Below are positions 43,781 through 57,159 of a stretch of 64,000 nt of DNA, piece after piece. The notes under the pieces are model-generated. The model worked only from the letters and a program-made list of their open reading frames with translations, did not search any database and was not told where the DNA came from. How positions within the stretch are numbered: position 1 is the stretch's first letter; every line of letters begins with the position of its first letter. This stretch comes from Eledone cirrhosa (Eukaryota): positions 286,502,001 through 286,566,000 of the forward strand of contig OZ024741.1 of NCBI GenBank assembly GCA_964016885.1, in the 5' to 3' direction. A program made the translations under genes and the position numbers.

Positions 43781-43810
43781 ATATATATATATATTGTATA
43801 TATATATATG

Positions 43811-43904
<94 letters not shown>

Positions 43905-43918
43905 ATATATATATATTA

Positions 43919-44033
<115 letters not shown>

Positions 44034-44108
44034 AAAGTTATATATATATATAGTATATATATATATATATTATATATATGTATATATTATATATATATAT
44101 ATGTTAAA

Positions 44109-44164
<56 letters not shown>

Positions 44165-44169
44165 TATAA

Positions 44170-44265
44170 CATGTTGGAGACGCAGGACATGACAGCGATA
44201 ATGAGGGACAGAGACAGCTGGAGAGAACTCGTCCATGGATCTCGGGTATTTTACCCGCCCTGGAA
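44170..44265 (+). mobile_element. 3'-terminal ~95 bp of the RTE LINE, in (TA)n
   Basis: Matches 17066-17158. Confidence 0.88.
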
Positions 44266-44284
44266 TATATATATATATATATAA

Positions 44285-44324
<40 letters not shown>

Positions 44325-44753
44325 AGAGGTTATATTTAATTTGTTGGGATACAACAAGCAAAATATTTTTATAACTGATATAAAGCACTCAACAAATTAT
44401 TGAAGTAAATATACAAGATATTAACAAATGGAAACTATATTTATAAAACCATATTTATTTCATTATACATATTTCAAGGGCCACCAAGCTAAATTATGGT
44501 GCGCTTTCATCAGATAAAATATAATATAGGTTAGTTTTATAAATAAATATTGACATACCTGGATAATCCAGGAGATTCCAACCAGAATAGTTGCATTTTT
44601 TCAGGGTATGTCAATATTTATTTATAAAACTAACCTATATTATATTTTATCTGATGAAAGCGCACCATAATTTGCCTTGGTAGCCCTTGAAATATGTATA
44701 ATGAAATAAATATGGTTTTATAAATATAGTTTCCATTTGTTAATATATTGTAT
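44325..44753 (-). mobile_element. HHR-bearing fold-back family E
   Basis: Arms about 44410-44562/44602-44753; CTGATGA(44651)-aagcgcacca..tggtagccctt-GAAA-tatgta; tail 44325-44410. Confidence 0.78.
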
Positions 44754-46754
44754 TATGTATATATATATATATTTCTCTCTCACTCCTTCGACCTGCTTCA
44801 AGTAGTAGTCATATTTCCCTCAAATTATATCAGGTCTATGACAAGGCTTTGGTGTTTGGGTGGGGGAAGGCTTTCAGAACATTCTGGGAAGGCACTCTCA
44901 TTCGTAATCATTCTAAGGCGGAATTTCAAAGTAAACATATCATTGTAAATATTTTTAAATATGAGGGTGCTCCATTGAAAAGTTGACGGGTGGTGGGAAG
45001 TACTATCCAGTACCCACTCCATCTGCTCGCTCTATCTCTCTCCCTTTCTCTCTCTCTCACACACACTCTCTCTCTCTTTCTCTCTCTCTCTCCCTCTCTC
45101 CCTATCTCTCTCTCGATTGATCGATCGATCGACCTGCTAGAAGTAGTAGTCATATATCCTTCAAAACACAGTCTTTAAAAAAGGGCATCATGGAAATGTG
45201 GCCGTGTATTTCCTACACGTGGGATAATATACTGTACTATACATCTCTTCTTCTAGGCCCTTATCTTCTGGTTGAATCGTAGGAGCACCGTACCGGACAC
45301 ACGATGTGTTCTTGGACATCTACTGACCCCTCTTACTTCGAAACAATGCCGATTTGCTACAGGAAGAAAGGGGGGTAAGAATGAGAGAAAGGCATAGCGG
45401 AACAACCAGGCCCAGTATTAGACTGGTACTTTATCTATCTACCTCGAAAGTGTGAAAAGTTAGGTTTGAAATGAGAAGGCAATAGAAGAAAAATAAACAA
45501 CAGCTATGACAAACGATTGATGAGACCTCAATGTGGTTATTTAAATGACTAGAAATAGAAGCAAATTCTCCTTCGAATCGCAAGCTCGTGCCTGGTTAGA
45601 TGATAAGAGAAGGTTAATCTGTATTGGACAATGCATCGCAAGAGGAATTATATATGTAAATAAGATAGCACTGTGACGACTAGAACAGGGATGACCAGAG
45701 ATTAAACAACAACAGCAATAAAGAAAATAACAACTATATAAATAACTGTAATAGAAGCAGCAACAGCAACAAAAACAACAATATTCACAAGCTTAATGAT
45801 CTCATAAGTTATATACCTGCATAGCCTATTTATAAGTTATATACCCAGAAATTATCGTTTTTTTGTGGGGGTTTTTTTTTCCTTATTTAGCTAAAGTGTA
45901 GAGCAGCTTTCTAATCAAAGATATGACTGTCGCATTTTTATCATGGTAAACGTGAACTCAGCTTCCTATAACCTACTGGTCGTTTTATAGGACAATAGGG
46001 CATCAATTTTAAAAGGTCGAGTAATCACAGATAACATAGGGGAAATTTTATTTGTGAAACCTTTCAGCACGAAGGGTGGGATTTTAACTAAAACACTGTG
46101 AAAAAACACTCTGACTACAAACAAAATGTTATCCATGGATATGTTTAACGATCTCTCAGTTCGAAGACCGACCTGTGTGGTGAAAAACCACATCCTTTAC
46201 GTGGTGCCTCTGATATAGATATCATAGGATAGTCTAGCAGAACAGATCTAGCAGAACAGGTCGAATCTAAGGGAGTAAGCCCTGATTTTTAAAAATTCTG
46301 CTTGTCTCATAGTAAGCAGTAGCTCATGCAACGATCATCAGTTTAATTAGATGGCCTCGTGGTCGTGAATACCAGTGGCTTCGCACGTGATTTACTATTA
46401 ATTCGACAATGGGTTGACACAACTGCTCCAGTTAGCGGAGAAATCTATGAGTATGCAGGTGTGGTGAGCTGGATATATTCTAGCCATTAGTAAAAGCAAA
46501 TTGAATGCTTCATTTTCAATGGAGGGATGACTCAAGAATGTTTTACGGAAACCTGTGAAAGAAATCAGCGTTGACAGCATCTCAAAGTTGAGGGAGTTAC
46601 ATCACTTCTTATTTTAATGTTATGATATAGCAATCTTAGGTCAAGAGATCGCTACAAAATATCTGCTGAAAAACGTTCGTAGGAATTTTCGCGAGCGCAT
46701 CTTCACTGTTATAAATAACGATTCTTTTATTTTACAAATTCATACATGTGAAAC

Positions 46755-46894
46755 CAGTGGCGTAGCAAATGCATTTTTTAGTACAGGTATGAAGAAGCGC
46801 AGAACTTTTTCTGCTCCATCGTACTTGTAAATTAATGTGTGGGCACCAAAAGCATCTTTGCACCCGAGTTCTGAGAATTCATGCTACACTACTG
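46755..46894. mobile_element. hAT-type MITE, decayed
   Basis: cagtggcgtagc ... gctacactactg terminal inverted repeats; no intact 8-bp target duplication. Confidence 0.5.
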
Positions 46895-47507
46895 ACACAA
46901 AACATTAAATTACTATTTGGGCATTAAGTTGTGAACATGTTCATTCTTTTCCTTTTTAGAAACATCGTCAGCGAACAATTTCAAATTTGAATGCAATATA
47001 AATTTGGTAGCGGAACCATCATTCTTGTTAAATATTGGTGATATGTGGTGGTGCTGGTAGTAAAGATCTAGTTTCTGGGAGTCATAGTAATGGAGGTGAT
47101 AGAAGATGTCCCGGTAGTGGTGATGTGGTCATAAATGAGGATCGTAGTAATACTACAAATACGTTTGAAAAAGAGGACAGGCTGTTGTGATGAATAACAA
47201 AAAACAAAATACAGAATGTTCATAGTTGGAAATCCTTTCATCATAGATCTACTTGATCAGAAGTACACATGGCTTTATGGTTAGAGTTTTCGACTCCCCG
47301 TCATAAGGTAACGTGCTCTATTCCCGGCGGTGCGTTATGTCCTTGAGCATGATACTTTATTTCAGGGTGCTCCAGTCCATTCAGTGTGTAATGTGTAATG
47401 CAAGTAGGAAACCTGTCACACATTGTATCAGGTGTATACAAAGATATATACGATATATTTATGTATAATAAACATACATGAGTCAAGCTGTGAATATTTT
47501 AAGCTGT

Positions 47508-47670
47508 GATCATGGACACACTGGAAGAGGAAGACCAAGGTTAACGTATGTTGCTGCCCTAAGGACAGACACTGGTCATGGAGATGCAGGACATGGCAGC
47601 GATAATGAGGGACAGAGACCGCTGGAGAGAACTCGTCCATGTATCTCGGGAATTTTACCCGCCCTAGAAT
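47508..47670 (+). mobile_element. 3'-terminal ~160 bp of the RTE LINE
   Basis: Matches 16998-17158 (HGHTGRGRPRLTYV). Confidence 0.88.
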
Positions 47671-48235
47671 ATTTTGTTATTCAGACCGATGACAGTGTTG
47701 ACAGGAAATATAGCTTAACTTGGAACTGAGATTTTCACTTTTTGCCAACCAAGTGTAAGATATGACTGCAAAATATCTGAACAAAAGATAAACCAACGCC
47801 TTTAAAACCACAAGATGTGACCAAAAATGTTTATAAAACATCATTTCTTTTTACGCAGCGTGAAGTTGTTGCTAAAACTATGTGCAATGCAGTCCGTATG
47901 AGCGACTGTTCTGAAATAAATATTTTTAAAAAGTATGACATTCCAACATAAACAGTATTGGTGACCTATTCCTATCAACATTTTCACTAAAAGCAAACGC
48001 AATACGTTTTGTTTACTTTTCGTTTTGTTGTTTTTGTTTTGTTTCTTATGTTGTTTTTTTGTTGTTTTTGTTGATGTTTTTTTTTTGGGGGGGGGGGCAA
48101 AACCACAACATGTACTATCGTACAGTTCAATGACTCATTCAAAATTTATTATAAGGACAACTTCTCTACCTAGATTAAATTTTACATTGGTGAAGTCGTT
48201 AGAGCAGCATTTGTTCCGGCTCTCTTCATCTAGAT

Positions 48236-48344
48236 CAGAGGTCGCCAATCGGTGGTCCGCGGATCACTGGTGGTCCGAGAGAAAATGCTGGTGGTCCGGA
48301 GAAAAATGTGGATATTATTTGCAATTTTTATGTTTTATTAATAA
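48236..48344 (+). mobile_element. hAT/Charlie-like MITE end interrupted by the Helitron
   Basis: cagaggtcgccaa followed by repeated ggtggtccg subterminal motifs. Confidence 0.5.
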
Positions 48345-49264
48345 CTAGCAGAGGTACCCGGCGTTTCTCGGTATAACTCTCAATGGAGTAGTCGTTCAAA
48401 TAAACCGAAAGACTTCCGTTAAACACGACTATAGAAGTAACAATTTATAGGTGTTGGTCCTAAAGATGGCCTTTGAACGTTCAATTTGAAATATCTCTGC
48501 GGCGTGCTGCCAGCAAAGACGAATCCGATGGTAACAATTTAAAGTTGGTGGCTCTAAAGAGAGCCTTGGATCGTTCACTCTTAAAAGTCTCAGCGGTGGT
48601 GCTGCCAGCAAAGACGAATCCAGCGATAACAATTTATAGTTGGTGGCCCTGAAGAGGACCTTTTAACGTTCACTTTGAAATATCTCAGCGGCGGTGCTGC
48701 CAGCAAAGATGGATCCGATGGTAACAATTTAAACTTGTTGGCCCTGAAAAGGGGCTTGGATCGTTCACACTTAAACGTCCCAGCGGCAGAGCTGTCATCA
48801 AAGACGACTCCTATTAGAGGTGGTGGCCCTTAAGAAGTCCTTCACACCACTTTGGTGTGTCGTATTTGCTTTACTTGTTATTTGAGATTGTAACCTAGAA
48901 AAGAATGTAACAGTCGGTGGCCACAAAAACGGCCTTGGCAAGATCCCGCTGGAATGTCAAAAAATGTGTAAATAAGATGTAGGGAAAAGTAGATTAATTA
49001 GGTTAAAACTACGGAACATCGATAGCAAAGCGTAATAGCAACATATAAATGCGGAAAACGGAAACATTGAACATTTATAATGTATAGCAAAAGCAACCTC
49101 AGAGGCGTACGTGGTATTGTCAAAGGGACAAAAATAGTACATGGATACAGCAAATGTAAGCACTTATACAAAAAAAAAAGCAGCGATTACTTGTTGGCGG
49201 TTGGGGTACCTACAAAAATTCCTTATAGACTATATTTTGGGTTTTCTCGCGAGTTGCAAAAGCA

Positions 49265-49643
49265 AATAGGTTATGTCGGCTCCCCACTCGAGAGCAGCCA
49301 ACATATAGTTGACCATGGGAGAAGCACGGTTCTTCTAAATTAAGCCCTACGACCGTCAGCGTCTGACCCTGAATCGACATGGCTAAACTGAGCCGGAGAG
49401 GGAATTGCAGCCTTCTGAATGTGAAGGGAATGTCTTTACCGGATGGAATCGCGTGCCGTTGGAAAGCCTTCGGGGTTCCAAATTCCTGAGGAGCATGACA
49501 GAGGCACCTTTCTTAAGTCGCAGTAAGTGTGGTGGCAATCCGGGAGGGTCTAGGGTGTTAAGAAATTCTGTGGGGTAATTATCAACTTCGTCCGGATCAG
49601 CCATAGAGTCAAGGGACTTGTAGACGTGCAGGTTTCCAAGCAA
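49265..49643 (-). pseudogene. Helitron PIF1-family helicase remnant
   Basis: YPTEFLNTLDPPGLPPHLLRLKKGASVMLLRNL..LSNGTR, then QGQTLTVVGLNLEEPCFSHGQLYVGCSRV (motifs V-VI). Confidence 0.92.
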
Positions 49644-49772
49644 GAACAGTGTAGTCGGAGGAGGGGTCGTAGTTAAAGGCCTTCAACAACCATCGTGAAT
49701 TGCAAGTCCTAGAAATGCCACGTAACGATGATCGCCGCTGTTCATTTTGCAGAAGTCGGCCACGTCGTTGCT

Positions 49773-50165
49773 CTATGGTTTCAGTATTTCGTGCAGCAGC
49801 AGTGGAACTGGCGTCCCTGCTTCGTCGAACGGCGCGTCCTCCTCCGTCCTCTCGAGCGCGAGCAGCGGCTGTTGCAGAGGCGTCCCTGCTTCGTTGAACG
49901 GCGCGTCGTCCTTCATCCTCTCGAGCGCGAGCAGCGTATGTTGCAGTGGTGTCCCTACAGTCGCGGCAGCATCTTTGTTCCGTCGAAGTTCACGTCGACT
50001 GTCATCCTTCTCCGCTCTTGCAGCTGCCGTCTGCACAGCATTCTGTGAGAGCCTGGTCGCAGTCGCATTTACATCTTCGGTGAGACGCCTTCGCTTAGAC
50101 CTACTTGCATCATTAGATAATCGACCAATGAAAGCTCTTTTCTTGTGGGGTGGGGGGGGGGGCAT
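49773..50165 (-). pseudogene. Probable N-terminus of the Helitron RepHel ORF
   Basis: MPPPPPHKKRAFIGRLSNDASRSKRRR basic start, upstream of and co-oriented with the helicase remnant; internal 23-aa repeat. Confidence 0.5.
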
Positions 50166-53100
50166 TGTTTTTCGAAAATTATAAATAGTGGACAAATCTA
50201 AACACGGATATAAATTGTGAAAAAATGTGATAAATCTGTGGTCTGAGAAAGTGGGTATGTTTTGCAAGATTTTGTGTACCAGTCAAATTTCAGGTTTTAA
50301 GTTAGAGGCAACGCAGCGTACGGACTACCTATGATAAAGGAAATTAAATAGTGTGGCTACAGTGGTAGGTATATAAGTGTCAATATGTTTGTTCAGTTCG
50401 AACATAGCAATAAGTAAGTACTAACCATTGAAAGGATAGCCAGTATCATAAACTGGAACCTTATGACCATAAACACATTAACTAAACCTTCTTTAAGGTG
50501 ACAAATGTTGAAAAAGCATGCGTTTCAGAAACATGGGGTAGCTTATGAGAGTACGCATGTAAAAAAAAAATACCACTTGTCAAAAGCCAAAAAAGAAGTG
50601 TGATTCTAGGTCGGACTTGACCGATATAGATAGGAGTGATTTCGCTCAATTAACAACACTAGAGTTGTTTGATTGGTTAGATAATACAAATAAGTGTGAT
50701 GAAATCTACTGAACACAACTCACTGATGTGTGGTTGGCCAGAAGTCGCCATTTCGCACTTAATTGAGGTGCAATTAAACGAGGGAGACAACTGGGTGCAA
50801 AAACTAATCAATCATTTGCACAGTTTAGGCATGTGTGTGAAATAGCACGATCCACATACAGTAGGCATTAAAATTTACACCTGGGTTAAATCGCGTTTTC
50901 TTGGTTAGCAGTGTGAAATGACGCCAAAGTTCAAGGAAAAAGATTTAACTCCCCATTCCGCACTTAATTGTGGTGCAATTACACGGGGGAGACAACCGGA
51001 TGCAAAATTAAATTCAATCATCCTAAAGTTAACTAAACAAACTAAAGTTAAGTCAGGGGGATTTAAAAATTCTCTTCTCCATTTGTAGGACATGAGTAAC
51101 TGATGCGTCAACTTTCGTTTAAATTGACTTTTATTTCCAGAAGTTGAAACGCTTTGCTGCAACCACAATATGAACTTTAAAAGTAGTCCAAAGGGGCTCA
51201 CTGCCCTCCCTTGCAAAATTCAAGTGATAACGAGTGTGTGGTGCTTTATCTTATGGCAGGCAATAACCATTTCGTTTAGTTTTTGTAAGAATTAAGTATA
51301 AACTCCCGAGGTTATGGTGCTTTTTTATTATGGCAGTTTGAACTTTTATAGGTTAATGAATTGTCCCCGAGGGGGTCCTCTTGCTGAATATAAATGAAAG
51401 TAAATGTGCCTCACTGTATCTTCATCTGTAGTCGAAATTCGTTTTATTAGACTACCAATTATCGAAGCTATCACGCTTTTCTGTATTACAATAGCCAAAT
51501 TCAATAAATGACTCGCCGGGGCTTACTTCCCCTGGGGGTCCCCTCGCTTGTTCCGGGTATAGACAGTGTCTTCAACATCATCTTTAGGCAATGGGTAACC
51601 AATGTGTCCGGTAAAGTTAAAATCGAACGTAAACTTCAAAAGTTATGAGGTACTAATACAGTGTTAATGTGAACTTCAATAGATAAGTCGAAGAGGCTTA
51701 CTACCCCCCCCCCCCACCCCATGGGTGCCCTTGATAAGTTCAAGTAAAAGTTCATGTGTTTACCTTCCTTTATAAGCCATGGATAACCAATAAGTCTCGC
51801 TTCGTGAAAACCAAACACCAACTCAAGCAGTTATGACGTTTTGTTGCATTGATGATATCAACTTCAACATTCATCAAGTCGGTTTATTGCCCCCCAAGGG
51901 GTCCCCTACCTGAATTTATGCGCAAGTGCATGCCTGCAAATTTATTTGTAGGCCATAAGCAAACAAAAGATTAATTCTGGTGAAGATGGGAATTTATTTG
52001 TAGGCCATAAGCAAACAAAATATTAATTCTGGTGAAGATGGGAGGCAAACTGCAGGAATTATGAGGCCTTTATGCACTAATACTGCTAACTCCAAGCGAG
52101 AGGCTTAAGGGGGTTATCTGCTCCTGGGATGGGGAGGCACAATCGATATACGGAAACATAAAATAGCCTACGACGCGTAATAGGACTTCAGAAACCTATG
52201 TATGAAATTTGGTGCAAATCGGTTGTAAAATGTAGAAATGCATGCGGTTACACAGACAGACATACAGACAGACATCTTCTGTTTTATATACACAGATAAA
52301 ACGAGAATGATATTTGGTTAAAATATATTTTAGAATCCCTCTAAAAATGTTTCCTCTCAGTAAATAACTAACATCATCTATCGACAATATGACACACGTA
52401 CGCTCCAGTATTGTTTCGACCATTGACCATTATTTCATATTAGTGGTATGCGGGATTTAACATTATGAATTTAGTGATCCGTGACGTCTGAAAGGTCGAT
52501 AGAATTAGTCCCAGTCTAGAGTAGTGAATTGGTGAAATCATTAGCTCATTGGATGAGATGCTCTTTGTGTTCTGAGTTCAAATCCTACTCTGTTCAAGAT
52601 GGTGGGCTTAATTATCAGCCAGTCTAACGTCACCATCTGGCTTTTGGGTATTTTTAGCAGATCCACCTAGGTGCAAGCATTCGGATCAGGTCTCCGATTT
52701 AAAGATACATTCTTCTTTTCTTTCTACTAGGCTCCTGGACCCGGGAAAGGATTGTGGCCACTAACCTTCCTTCCCTGATTAAATAGTAAAAACAATATAA
52801 TAATTTGAGGAAATTTAGGTTTTCAAGTAAAGAAACAAACAATACAACAGTCAGTAAAATTACTCAGATAACAACAATAACAACTGTCTAGAATGTAATA
52901 TATATATAAGATGGAGTAACATAGAACAAAGAGGAGACAGGGAGTAACAAGAATAGTCATTGAGGAGGTCACAGGAAATGTGGCGTAAGAGCTTTGACAA
53001 TTAACATAACAATTAACAATTAAACAGCCACCCGGTTTCTAAATTAACCGATGAATGGATTAGTTACTAAAATAAAAATAAACTGAAATAAAACTCAATG

Positions 53101-53397
53101 CATGTGTTTTTATTAGCAGTGTGACTCTCCTAAAGTATAACAATCGATTCTCGGACCTAGTGATACGTTGTGTCCTTGAGCAAGTCACCTTAATTCGCGT
53201 TGCTTCAGTTTATTCAGCTGTAAAAATTAGTTGCGACGTCACTGGTGCCAGAGGCGGGGGGGGGGGGGGGCTGATATGTGTGGTACACTGCTGGTTTCCA
53301 CAAACAACCTTGCTCGGATTTTGGCCTCGGTGGGGAAATTTCTAGGTGCAAATCCGATAGTCATTTGTGACCAAAGGGGGTCTTTACCCTATATACA

Positions 53398-53775
<378 letters not shown>

Positions 53776-54582
53776 ATGTAACACCTAGTGGAGTCGTAGA
53801 GTTGTGCTAATAACATACGTCATTTCTTGGACATTATGAACCTGGTGAAGCCCATCCCTCTCTTGGTCTGAACTCTAAACGCAAACCCGCAAGAATAACG
53901 AAAGCATTTTATCTGATGTTCTAACGATTCTGTCAATTCTGCGCCTATTTTGTCGTACTGAGAATCTGTAAATTCATTGGACCTCTTAAAGAGTTCTTTA
54001 CAATTTTGAGGATATTATTATTCTTTTCGTGTTCAAGTAATGTGCTCATTCCTTCTTTTACTGTTCATTAGGTGTATGACACTGAAAGTTTGTATTGATC
54101 TTGTGCTTCCGCCTTCTTTTCCATTTAAGTCGGGTTGCCACTGACCATTCTCTTTGGAGTACATGATAATGGCAAAAGAGCTTATGATGCATCAATTTTA
54201 AGGATCAATTTAAGCCATTTCCGATCCAAGCAGAAATCACCCTAGTTATTTGGGAGAAGACATCTGCAAATTATAAAAACCTGGGAGCAAGCAGCCTTTA
54301 AAGTGTCAAATTCAAATGCCTTCGAAATCCAAATTCCAAGATGATCAACGGCACATAGAAAGGAAGATTAATAAACCACTCACTCCTCCTAGACCATTGT
54401 GCAACTAGGACTATCCAGCCATGTCTGTTAGTTGCATCATGATTACAATATTTATCTAAACCTTTCTAGAAAGAAACCAATGATCGGAATCTAGCTGGTG
54501 CCGATGAAGACATCCTTGTCAACCTTGTTATTGATATAGAAAATACTAGTGAGTGATTAGTATTCTCCTAGACTTAATGAAG

Positions 54583-54885
54583 GGTGGCGAATTGACAGAG
54601 TCGTTAGAAAGGCCGTATAAAATACTTTGCGGTATTCGTTCCGGCCCTCTGCTTACTGAGTTCAAATCCCACCAACGTCAACTTTATCTTTCATCCATTT
54701 GAGGTCAAAAAAAACAGTACCAGTCAAATACTGGGAGTCTATTCTTCCTCTATATCTATTTATCACTTCCATTCTCATCACATTTTCATTATCCTTCTCT
54801 GGAAGAAATCTACTGTATTCAGACCTAGAGAGGAGATGGGCTCCGCCTGGCTTAAAATACCCAAGAAACGCCATATTCCACTGCG
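54583..54885 (+). mobile_element. tRNA-derived SINE with long 3' part
   Basis: ggtggcgaattgacagagtcgttag..gagttcaaatccc; related copy at 55365-55680. Confidence 0.75.
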
Positions 54886-55098
54886 GTCTACATATTCTCC
54901 CAATCTATGACAAACATTAATCGTACATTTCAACCACACAGTGTACACAATCTGAACAGCAAATGTACTATACGTTACTCAGTGATGTTGTGAAAGAAGA
55001 AACCCATGGTTAACAGGGCGGCATACATTTAAACTAGTTATATACAGTAATTGAATACACTGCACAGTGCAACCAGCAATTGTAAACAGCCAGCAATT

Positions 55099-55161
<63 letters not shown>
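55099..55161. repeat. (TAG)n microsatellite
   Basis: Directly visible. Confidence 0.95.
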
Positions 55162-56454
55162 TCTATTACAAAATGATGTAAACTGTTACGTCTGTGAGTA
55201 GATTTAATAGATTGATACAGTATTCCTTGCAAAGTTCTTACCACGGCCAGTGAATCACTCATTAAGAGCAATAAGGTTGTGACTAGAAGTCGTGACGTGT
55301 TGGTGATGGTCGTGGTGGTGGTGGTGGTGGTGGTGATGGTGGTCGTTGTCATAGTAATTTGGTGTAGTTTGGTGACGTTATAACTTCGGATAGAATGCTT
55401 TGCAGTATTTGTTCCGACACATTGCTCACTGAGTTCAAATCGCGCCGAGGTCAATTTTGACTTACATCTATTCGAGGTTGATAAAAAATGTACCAGTCTA
55501 ATACTGGGGTCGATTCTTACACTATATCTCTTTCTCACACCCATTCCCTCATTCTCTCTTTCCTTCTCTAGTAGAAATCTGCTGTATTCAGACCTGGAGA
55601 GGTTTGGGCCCCACCAGGTTTTAATGCCCTAGAAAACCGTATATCAATACGGTGCCCCTACCACTCCCTCGGGAGTTACCGGATTCTGTATGCAACATGT
55701 CTGAGAAAATGATCAGATGGGATGAGATGGACACGGTTAGAATTCACCTGGCCATAGGTCTGCTTGATGAAGGCTGATCTAATATAAAACATTAACATGT
55801 TTGAATCGACAAACTCTACCTCCTATTTAAGAGCCTATGAGAACGCCTCAAAGCGGCCAATTGACCTGCTAATAATAGCAGATAAATCAACCACCAATCA
55901 TGCTCTACTGTACTTTTAAAGAGAGCTCATCCGTTAACATAATCCTAGATATATTATATCTGGTTAAAAGATAAGATGGTCTGGTCATAAATAGATGAAT
56001 TTTATACCCTATGTCAGCCCAATTAGGTCTTACTTGGAATTAAACAACAACTAATACATTTGACATCGATAAAATCTACCTACTTATAGTACCTCTTTGC
56101 AGTTAAGATGCAACGGGAGGTAATGATTTAGATAACACACTATAAATCACACAGTTTCACATTGATTTACTATTCATGACAAATGCCATGAATTCGAACT
56201 ACTGTTTGGAAAACATGTGACTGACAATACTAGATTATCTACCCTTTAAATATGTTGCTTCAAACGCCATATGAAAGGGAAATGTGCCTTTCTGGGTAGT
56301 GAAGGATCCAAGATTTGTTTCGAGTCCCGGCTGCACTTATGTCACCAGTCCTTTTGGAAGGAAAAGGATGAAGGGTACACTATCAAAAGTAGAAGGAAAC
56401 GCCATCATCTGGAGACGAGTTTGCTGCTACGCGCGCACACGCACACACACACGT

Positions 56455-56532
<78 letters not shown>

Positions 56533-57159
56533 GCACACAAACACACCCACACAGACATGCACACACACAAACAAAAACACACGCGTGGACGCACTCATAG
56601 ACATACACAAATATACCTTTACATACATACACAAACACAAACACAAGTACAGCCGTATGTACAAACACGCAAGCACTCGCATAGACATATACAGCGACAC
56701 ACGCAAACATACATTTACATACACATAAAAACAAACACACATACACACATAAACACCTAAGGAATACTTATGCATCAGTTTTTGTAGTTTAAAGTAATAT
56801 AAATTTATAGATATTATATTTGGTTTTCATCCGGTCAATAGAATTTTCAATATATTTCTTTATATCAAACAGTACATAATTTACTGTTAGTAATATTCAG
56901 TTCTGTTTGAAGAACTTTAAAACCCCTAAATCGAACGATAACTTGCACAGAAATATTGAAATATTCGATTAGGTAGGCAATTGAAAAAGTATAATGCAAT
57001 TATAGTCTAAACTATCAACGATATAAAATCAATAATAATAAATTGTCATGTGTGTTTGTATATATATACAAGGTTTGTTGTCTGTAACACAAACATACAG
57101 ATGCAGCACACAACCACACAAAATATTCCTATATCAGTCATGTTGATACACGAGAAATT

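Larger units (their letters stand above)
48345..52296 (-). mobile_element. Internally deleted Helitron
   Basis: 5' A|TC at 52296 with (TGTC)n; 3' hairpin ccgagaaacgccggg and CTAG|T at 48345; helicase remnants; ~94-bp tandem repeats 48440-48850. Confidence 0.85.

Noticed and set aside
45256-45375. Plus-strand exon candidate with AG/GT ends and an open frame
   Set aside because: Overlaps the reverse-complemented 3' part of the SINE family (gtaggagcaccgta).
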